DNA from: Dehalococcoidia bacterium
GTDB taxonomy: Bacteria; Chloroflexota; Dehalococcoidia; Lucifugimonadales; CAZENU01
NCBI GenBank assembly: GCA_965261815.1
Contig: CBDHDR010000002.1
Coordinates: 2,000,143-2,064,142 of the forward strand
Reading direction: 5' to 3'
DNA: 64,000 bases
Positions 54,301 to 61,500 of this stretch are shown here, in pieces. The position numbers were made by a program, and so were the translations under genes. The stretch's first letter is position 1; each line of letters starts with the position of its first letter. Below the pieces are notes generated by a model. It was given only the letters and a program-made list of their open reading frames with translations. It ran no database searches and was not told where the DNA came from.

Positions 54301-57300
54301 CTCAGCAACCGTCAGCGTGGTTTCGGACACGCTCACCCCGGCGGTATCGTCGTCGGCGACGGACACGCTCACCTCTGCGGTCTCGTCGTCGGCCACGGTC
54401 ACGCTCACCCCGGCCACGGCCACGGCGTCGTACTCGTCGGCGCTGCTGGCGGCCACCACCGCGTGGGTGATGGAGGCCGCGTCGTTCACCGCGTCGGCGT
54501 CCTGGGCGGCGGACACCGTCACCGTCTGGGCCGTGTCCCAGTTGGACGGGCTGAAGGTCAGCGTGGCCCGGTCCACCGTCACGTCGGGGCTGCCGCTGGC
54601 GGTTACGCCGATCACCACGTTGCCTGATGGCAGCGCGTCCAGGACCACCGTGTAGGTGGAACTGTTGCCCTCAGCAACCGTCAGCGTGGTTTCGGACACG
54701 CTCACCCCGGCGGTATCGTCGTCGGCCACCGTGACCGCCACCCCGGCGACGCTCACGGCGTCGTACTCGTCGGCGCTCCGGGAGGCGTCGACGGCGTGGG
54801 TGATGGAGGCCGCGTCGTTCACCGCGTCGGCGTCCTGGGCGGCCCGCACCGTCACCGTCTGCGCCGTGTCCCAGTTGGACGGGCTGAAGGTCAGCGTGGC
54901 CGGCGACACCGTCACGTCGCTGCTGCCGCTCCTGGTTACGCCGATCACCACGTTGGAGGCGGGCTGGGCGTCCAGGACCACCGTGTAGGCGGCCTGGCCC
55001 CCCTCGGCCAGCGCCAATTCAGTAACGGACACGCTCACCCCGGCGGTATCGTCGTCGGCCACCGTGACCGCCACCCCGGCGACGCTCACGGCGTCGTACT
55101 CGTCGGCGCTGCTGGCGGCCACCACCGCGTGGGTGATGGAGGCCGCGTCGTTCACCGCGTCGGCGTCCTGGGCGGCCCGCACCGTCACCGTCTGCGCCGT
55201 GTCCCAGTTGGACGGGCTGAAGGTCAGCGTGGCCCGGTCCACCGTCACGTCGGGGCTGCCGCTGATGGTTACGCCGATCACCACGTCGGAGGCGGGCTGG
55301 GCGTCCAGGACCACCGTGTAGGTGGAACTGTTGCCCTCAGCAACCGTCAGCGTGGTTTCGGACACGCTCACCCCGGCGTCGTCGTCGGCCACCGTGACCG
55401 CCACCCCGGCGACGCTCACGTTGTCGAACTCGTCGGCGCTCCGGGAGGCGTCGACGGCGTGGGTGATGGAGGCCGCGTCGTTCACCGCGTCGGCGTCCTG
55501 GGCGGCGGACACCGTCACCGTCTGGGCCGTGTCCCAGTTGGACGGGCTGAAGGTCAGCGTGGCCCGGTCCACCGTCACGTCGGGGCTGCCGCTGATGGTT
55601 ACGCCGATCACCACGTCGGAGGCGGGCTGGGCGTCCAGGACCACCGTGTAGGTGGAACTGTTGCCCTCAGCAACCGTCAGCGTGGTTTCGGACACGCTCA
55701 CCCCGGCGTCGTCGTCGGCCACCGTGACCGCCACCCCGGCGACGCTCACGTTGTCGAACTCGTCGGCGCTCCGGGAGGCGTCGACGGCGTGGGTGATGGA
55801 GGCCGCGTCGTTCACCGCGTCGGCGTCCTGGGCGGCGGACACCGTCACCGTCTGGGCCGTGTCCCAGTTGGACGGGCTGAAGGTCAGCGTGGCCCGGTCC
55901 ACCGTCACGTCGGGGCTGCCGCTGATGGTTACGCCGATCACCACGTCGGAGGCGGGCTGGGCGTCCAGGACCACCGTGTAGGTGGAACTGTTGCCCTCAG
56001 CAACCGTCAGCGTGGTTTCGGACACGCTCACCCCGGCGGTATCGTCGTCGGCCACCGTGACCGCCACCCCGGCGACGCTCACGGCGTCGTACTCGTCGGC
56101 GCTCCGGGAGGCGTCGACGGCGTGGGTGATGGACGCCGCGTCGTTCACCGCGTCGGCGTCCTGGGCGGCGGACACCGTCACCGTCTGGGCCGTGTCCCAG
56201 TTGGACGGGCTGAAGGTCAGCGTGGTCTGGTTGCCGGACGTCGCGGCGTCGGTGTCCGCCGTCACGTCCGAATTGTCGCTGCTCACCGTGATCACCACGT
56301 CGGAGGCGGGCTGGGCGTCCAGGACCACCGTGTAGGTGGAACTGTTGCCCTCAGCAACCGTCAGCGTGGTTTCGGACACGCTCACCCCGGCGGTATCGTC
56401 GTCGGCCACCGTGACCGCCACCCCGGCGACGCTCACGGCGTCGTACTCGTCGGCGCTCCGGGAGGCGTCGACGGCGTGGGTGATGGAGGCCGCGTCGTTC
56501 ACCGCGTCGGCGTCCTGGGCGGCCCGCACCGTCACCGTCTGCGCCGTGTCCCAGTTGGACGGGCTGAAGGTCAGGGTGGCCTGGTTGCCGGACGTCGCGG
56601 CGTCGGTGTCCGCCGTCACGTCCGAATTGTCGCTGCTCACCGTGATCACCACGTCGGAGGCGGGCTGGGCGTCCAGGACCACCGTGTAGGTGGAACTGTT
56701 GCCCTCAGCAACCGTCAGCGTGGTTTCGGACACGCTCACCCCGGCGTCGTCGTCGGCCACCGTGACCGCCACCCCGGCGACGCTCACGTTGTCGAACTCG
56801 TCGGCGCTGCTGGCGGCCACCACCGCGTGGGTGATGGAGGCCGCGTCGTTCACCGCGTCGGCGTCCTGGGCGGCCCGCACCGTCACCGTCTGGGCCGTGT
56901 CCCAGTTGGACGGGCTGAAGGTCAGCGTGGCCGGCGACACCGTCACGTCGCTGCTGCCGCTGATGGTTACGCCGATCACCACGTCGGAGGCGGGCTGGGC
57001 GTCCAGGACCACCGTGTAGGTGGAACTGTTGCCCTCAGCAACCGTCAGCGTGGTTTCGGACACGCTCACCCCGGCGGTATCGTCGTCGGCCACCGTGACC
57101 GCCACCCCGGCGACGCTCACGGCGTCGTACTCGTCGGCGCTGCTGGCGGCCACCACAGCGTGGGTGATGGAGGCCGCGTCGTTCACCGCGTCGGCGTCCT
57201 GGGCGGCCCGCACCGTCACCGTCTGCGCCGTGTCCCAGTTGGACGGGCTGAAGGTCAGCGTGGCCGGCGACACCGTCACGTCGCTGCTGCCGCTCCTGGT

Positions 57301-57762
57301 TACGCCGATCACCACGTTGGAGGCGGGCTGGGCGTCCAGGACCACCGTGTAGGTGGAACTGTTGCCCTCAGCAACCGTCAGCGTGGTTTCGGACACGCTC
57401 ACCCCGGCGTCGTCGTCGGCCACCGTGACCGCCACCCCGGCGACGCTCACGTTGTCGAACTCGTCGGCGCTGCTGGCGGCCACCACAGCGTGGGTGATGG
57501 AGGCCGCGTCGTTCACCGCGTCGGCGTCCTGGGCGGCCCGCACCGTCACCGTCTGCGCCGTGTCCCAGTTGGACGGGCTGAAGGTCAGCGTGGCCGGCGA
57601 CACCGTCACGTCGCTGCTGCCGCTCCTGGTTACGCCGATCACCACGTTGGAGGCGGGCTGGGCGTCCAGGACCACCGTGTAGGCGGCCTGGCCCCCCTCG
57701 GCCAGCGCCAATTCAGTAACGGACACGTCGGCCACGGACACGCTCACCCCGCCGACGGCCAC
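51337..57762 (-). CDS. giant tandem-repeat surface protein, C-terminal segment (repeats, Calx-beta-like domain, FN3 domain, P/T linker, C-terminal TM anchor)
   Basis: 2141-codon open frame. About 16 repeat units are followed by ISIAADTSPITEGSDANFIITA...TIDDTVDEPNEDITATLQ (Calx-beta-like), PGAPTELTAAPGDGQVELSWTAP...HFWVRAVNVVGPSDWS (FN3), and GWPFWLLIAIIIIILMARRLRRLRRWR. The M at 57762 is not a real start because the repeats continue upstream. Confidence 0.8.
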   Translation of the reverse strand: MAVGGVSVSVADVSVTELALAEGGQAAYTVVLDAQPASNVVIGVTRSGSSDVTVSPATLTFSPSNWDTAQTVTVRAAQDADAVNDAASITHAVVAASSADEFDNVSVAGVAVTVADDDAGVSVSETTLTVAEGNSSTYTVVLDAQPASNVVIGVTRSGSSDVTVSPATLTFSPSNWDTAQTVTVRAAQDADAVNDAASITHAVVAASSADEYDAVSVAGVAVTVADDDTAGVSVSETTLTVAEGNSSTYTVVLDAQPASDVVIGVTISGSSDVTVSPATLTFSPSNWDTAQTVTVRAAQDADAVNDAASITHAVVAASSADEFDNVSVAGVAVTVADDDAGVSVSETTLTVAEGNSSTYTVVLDAQPASDVVITVSSDNSDVTADTDAATSGNQATLTFSPSNWDTAQTVTVRAAQDADAVNDAASITHAVDASRSADEYDAVSVAGVAVTVADDDTAGVSVSETTLTVAEGNSSTYTVVLDAQPASDVVITVSSDNSDVTADTDAATSGNQTTLTFSPSNWDTAQTVTVSAAQDADAVNDAASITHAVDASRSADEYDAVSVAGVAVTVADDDTAGVSVSETTLTVAEGNSSTYTVVLDAQPASDVVIGVTISGSPDVTVDRATLTFSPSNWDTAQTVTVSAAQDADAVNDAASITHAVDASRSADEFDNVSVAGVAVTVADDDAGVSVSETTLTVAEGNSSTYTVVLDAQPASDVVIGVTISGSPDVTVDRATLTFSPSNWDTAQTVTVSAAQDADAVNDAASITHAVDASRSADEFDNVSVAGVAVTVADDDAGVSVSETTLTVAEGNSSTYTVVLDAQPASDVVIGVTISGSPDVTVDRATLTFSPSNWDTAQTVTVRAAQDADAVNDAASITHAVVAASSADEYDAVSVAGVAVTVADDDTAGVSVSVTELALAEGGQAAYTVVLDAQPASNVVIGVTRSGSSDVTVSPATLTFSPSNWDTAQTVTVRAAQDADAVNDAASITHAVDASRSADEYDAVSVAGVAVTVADDDTAGVSVSETTLTVAEGNSSTYTVVLDALPSGNVVIGVTASGSPDVTVDRATLTFSPSNWDTAQTVTVSAAQDADAVNDAASITHAVVAASSADEYDAVAVAGVSVTVADDETAEVSVSVADDDTAGVSVSETTLTVAEGNSSTYTVVLDAQPASDVVIGVTISGSPDVTVDRATLTFSPSNWDTAQTVTVSAAQDADAVNDAASITHAVDASRSADEYDAVSVAGVAVTVADDDTAGVSVSETTLTVAEGNSSTYTVVLDAQPASDVVIGVTISGSPDVTVDRATLTFSPSNWDTAQTVTVSAAQDADAVNDAASITHAVDASRSADEYDAVSVAGVAVTVADDDTAGVSVSETTLTVAEGNSSTYTVVLDAQPASDVVIGVTASGSPDVTVDRATLTFSPSNWDTAQTVTVSAAQDADAVNDAASITHAVVAASSADEYDAVAVAGVSVTVADDETAEVSVSVADDDTAGVSVSETTLTVAEGNSSTYTVVLDAQPASDVVIGVTISGSPDVTVDRATLTFSPSNWDTAQTVTVSAAQDADAVNDAASITHAVDASRSADEYDAVSVAGVAVTVADDDTAGVSVSETTLTVAEGNSSTYTVVLDAQPASDVVIGVTASGSPDVTVDRATLTFSPSNWDTAQTVTVSAAQDADAVNDAASITHAVVAASSADEYDAVAVAGVSVTVADDETAEVSVTVADDDTAGVSVSVTELALAEGGQAAYTVVLDALPSGNVVIGVTASGSPDVTVDRATLTFSPSNWDTAQTVTVSAAQDADAVNDAASITHAVDASRSADEYDNVSVGGVAVTVADDDSRPPGGGDNWTPAISIAADTSPITEGSDANFIITASPAPSAALAVTVRVSGGANFTTVSGNKTVRLAAGADTARLSMATIDDTVDEPNEDITATLQARNNYRVRAPGSSASITVTDNDAIPGAPTELTAAPGDGQVELSWTAPANHGNSRITHYTVEYSTDSNFRAAAMISGTADAATTLSIGGLTNGVECHFWVRAVNVVGPSDWSAPAIATPRHSAIVPIAKPAPTQPPDQGGNETPTPTLTAVPVLAATAPPKPSPTATADVPSAAAPSDLAPQSPDEGVCLGWPFWLLIAIIIIILMARRLRRLRRWR

Positions 57763-58557
57763 GGCGTCGTACTCGTCGGCGCTCCGGGAGGCGTCGACGG
57801 CGTGGACGTGATGGAGGCCGCGTCGTTCACCGCGTCGGCGTCCTGGGCGGCCCGCACCGTCACCGTCTGCGCCGTGTCCCAGTTGGACGGGCTGAAGGTC
57901 AGCGTGGCCGGCGACACCGTCACGTCGCTGCTGCCGCTCCTGGTTACGCCGATCACCACGTTGGAGGCGGGCTGGGCGTCCAGGACCACCGTGTAGGCGT
58001 GGCCCCCCTCGGCCAGCGCCAATTCAGTAACGGACACGCTCACCCCGGCGGTATCGTCGTCGGCCACCGTGACCGCCACCCCGGCGACGCTCACGGCGTC
58101 GTACTCGTCGGCGCTCCGGGAGGCGTCGACGGCGTGGGTGATGGAGGCCGCGTCGTTCACCGCGTCGGCGTCCTGGGCCGCCCGCACCGTCACCGTCTGC
58201 GCCGGTCCCGTGGACGGGCTGAAGGTCAGCGTGGCCGGCGACACCGTCACGTCGCTGCTGCCGCTCCTGGTTACGCCGATCACCACGTCGGAGGCGGGCT
58301 GGGCGTCCAGGACCACCGTGTAGGTGGAACTGTTGCCCTCAGCAACCGTCAGCGGGTTTCGGACACGCTCACCCCGGCGGTATCGTCGTCGGCCACCGTG
58401 ACCGCCACCCCGGCGACGCTCACGGCGTCGTACTCGTCGGCGCTCCGGGAGGCGTCGACGGCGTGGGTGATGGAGGCCGCGTCGTTCACCGCGTCGGCGT
58501 CCTGGGCCGCCCGCACCGTCACCGTCTGCGCCGTGTCCCAGTTGGACGGGCTGAAGG
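57763..58557 (-). pseudogene. frame-disrupted stretch of the same repeat gene
   Basis: The repeat units are recognisable but carry small indels (for example +2 near 57805, -1 near 58354, and multi-nt deletions at 58560-58600). The frame changes at least three times. Confidence 0.6.
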
Positions 58558-61500
58558 TCAGCGTCGTCGCTGCTGGCTCCTGGTTACGCCGCTGGAGGCG
58601 GGCTGGGCGTCCAGGACCACCGTGTAGGTGGAACTGTTGCCCTCAGCAACCGTCAGCGTGGTTTCGGACACGCTCACCCCGGCGTCGTCGTCGGCCACCG
58701 TGACCGCCACCCCGGCGACGCTCACGTTGTCGAACTCGTCGGCGCTGCTGGCGGCCACCACAGCGTGGGTGATGGAGGCCGCGTCGTTCACCGCGTCGGC
58801 GTCCTGGGCGGCCCGCACCGTCACCGTCTGCGCCGTGTCCCAGTTGGACGGGCTGAAGGTCAGCGTGGCCGGCGACACCGTCACGTCGCTGCTGCCGCTC
58901 CTGGTTACGCCGATCACCCGTTGGAGGCGGGCTGGGCGTCCAGGACCACCCGGCCTGCCCCCCTCGGCCAGCGCCAATTCAGTAACGGACACGCTCACCC
59001 CGGCGGTATCGTCGTCGGCCACGGACACGCTCACCCCGCCGACGGCCACGGCGTCGTACTCGTCGGCGCTCCGGGAGGCGTCGACGGCGTGGGTGATGGA
59101 GGCCGCGTCGTTCACCGCGTCGGCGTCCTGGGCGGCCCGCACCGTCACCGTCTGCTGGTGTCCCAGTTGGACGGGCTGAAGGTCAGCGTGGTCGTCCACG
59201 CCGATCACCACGTTGGAGGCGGGCTGGGCGTCCAGGACCACCGTGTAGGCGGCCTGGCCCCCCTCGGCCAGCGCCAATTCAGTAACGGACACGCTCACCC
59301 CGGCGGTATCGTCGTCGGCCACCGTGACCGCCACCCCGGCGACGCTCACGGCGTCGTACTCGTCGGCGCTCCGGGAGGCGTCGACGGCGTGGGTGATGGA
59401 CGCCGCGTCGTTCACCGCGTCGGCGTCCTGGGCGGCGGACACCGTCACCGTCTGGGCCGTGTCCCAGTTGGACGGGCTGAAGGTCAGCGTGGTCTGGTTG
59501 CCGGACGTCGCGGCGTCGGTGTCCGCCGTCACGTCCGAATTGTCGCTGCTCACCGTGATCACCACGTCGGAGGCGGGCTGGGCGTCCAGGACCACCGTGT
59601 AGGTGGAACTGTTGCCCTCAGCAACCGTCAGCGTGGTTTCGGACACGCTCACCCCGGCGGTATCGTCGTCGGCCACCGTGACCGCCACCCCGGCGACGCT
59701 CACGTTGTCGAACTCGTCGGCGCTGCTGGCGGCCACCACCGCGTGGGTGATGGAGGCCGCGTCGTTCACCGCGTCGGCGTCCTGGGCCGCCCGCACCGTC
59801 ACCGTCTGCGCCGTGTCCCAGTTGGACGGGCTGAAGGTCAGGGTGGTCTGGTTGCCGGACGTCGCGGCGTCGGTGTCCGCCGTCACGTCCGAATTGTCGC
59901 TGCTCACCGTGATCACCACGTCGGAGGCGGGCTGGGCGTCCAGGACCACCGTGTAGGTGGAACTGTTGCCCTCAGCAACCGTCAGCGTGGTTTCGGACAC
60001 GCTCACCCCGGCGGTATCGTCGTCGGCCACCGTGACCGCCACCCCGGCGACGCTCACGGCGTCGAACTCGTCGGCGCTGCTGGCGGCCACCACCGCGTGG
60101 GTGATGGAGGCCGCGTCGTTCACCGCGTCGGCGTCCTGGGCCGCCCGCACCGTCACCGTCTGCGCCGTGTCCCAGTTGGACGGGCTGAAGGTCAGGGTGG
60201 TCTGGTTGCCGGACGTCGCGGCGTCGGTGTCCGCCGTCACGTCCGAATTGTCGCTGCTCACCGTGATCACCACGTCGGAGGCGGGCTGGGCGTCCAGGAC
60301 CACCGTGTAGGTGGAACTGTTGCCCTCAGCAACCGTCAGCGTGGTTTCGGACACGCTCACCCCGGCGGTATCGTCGTCGGCCACCGTGACCGCCACCCCG
60401 GCGACGCTCACGGCGTCGTACTCGTCGGCGCTGCTGGCGGCCACCACCGCGTGGGTGATGGAGGCCGCGTCGTTCACCGCGTCGGCGTCCTGGGCGGCGG
60501 ACACCGTCACCGTCTGCGCCGTGTCCCAGTTGGACGGGCTGAAGGTCAGCGTGGCCCGGTCCACCGTCACGTCGGGGCTGCCGCTGGCGGTTACGCCGAT
60601 CACCACGTCGGAGGCGGGCTGGGCGTCCAGGACCACCGTGTAGGTGGAACTGTTGCCCTCAGCAACCGTCAGCGTGGTTTCGGACACGCTCACCCCGGCG
60701 GTATCGTCGTCGGCCACCGTGACCGCCACCCCGGCGACGCTCACGGCGTCGTACTCGTCGGCGCTGCTGGCGGCCACCACCGCGTGGGTGATGGAGGCCG
60801 CGTCGTTCACCGCGTCGGCGTCCTGGGCGGCCCGCACCGTCACCGTCTGCGCCGTGTCCCAGTTGGACGAGGTGAAGGTCAGAGTGGTCTGGTTGCCGGA
60901 CGTCGCGGCGTCGGTGTCCGCCGTCACGTCCGAATTGTCGCTGCTCACCGTGATCACCACGTCGGAGGCGGGCTGGGCGTCCAGGACCACCGTGTAGGTG
61001 GAACTGTTGCCCTCAGCAACCGTCAGCGTGGTTTCGGACACGCTCACCCCGGCGGTATCGTCGTCGGCCACCGTGACCGCCACCCCGGCGACGCTCACGG
61101 CGTCGTACTCGTCGGCGCTCCGGGAGGCGTCGACGGCGTGGGTGATGGAGGCCGCGTCGTTCACCGCGTCGGCGTCCTGGGCCGCCCGCACCGTCACCGT
61201 CTGCGCCGTGTCCCAGTTGGACGGGCTGAAGGTCAGCGTGGCCCGGTCCACCGTCACGTCGGGGCTGCCGCTGATGGTTACGCCGATCACCACGTCGGAG
61301 GCGGGCTGGGCGTCCAGGACCACCGTGTAGGTGGAACTGTTGCCCTCAGCAACCGTCAGCGTGGTTTCGGACACGCTCACCCCGGCGGTATCGTCGTCGG
61401 CCACCGTGACCGCCACCCCGGCGACGCTCACGGCGTCGTACTCGTCGGCGCTCCGGGAGGCGTCGACGGCGTGGGTGATGGACGCCGCGTCGTTCACCGC

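Noticed and set aside
52726-57996. 633-aa and 1066-aa plus-strand ORFs, and the series of 109-122-aa ORFs starting MELLPSATVSVVSDTL
   Set aside because: They are antisense to the adhesin repeats. Their composition (GHRV-rich or S/T/A-rich) and exact unit-length periodicity show they are by-products of the repeat. They are useful only as phase markers.
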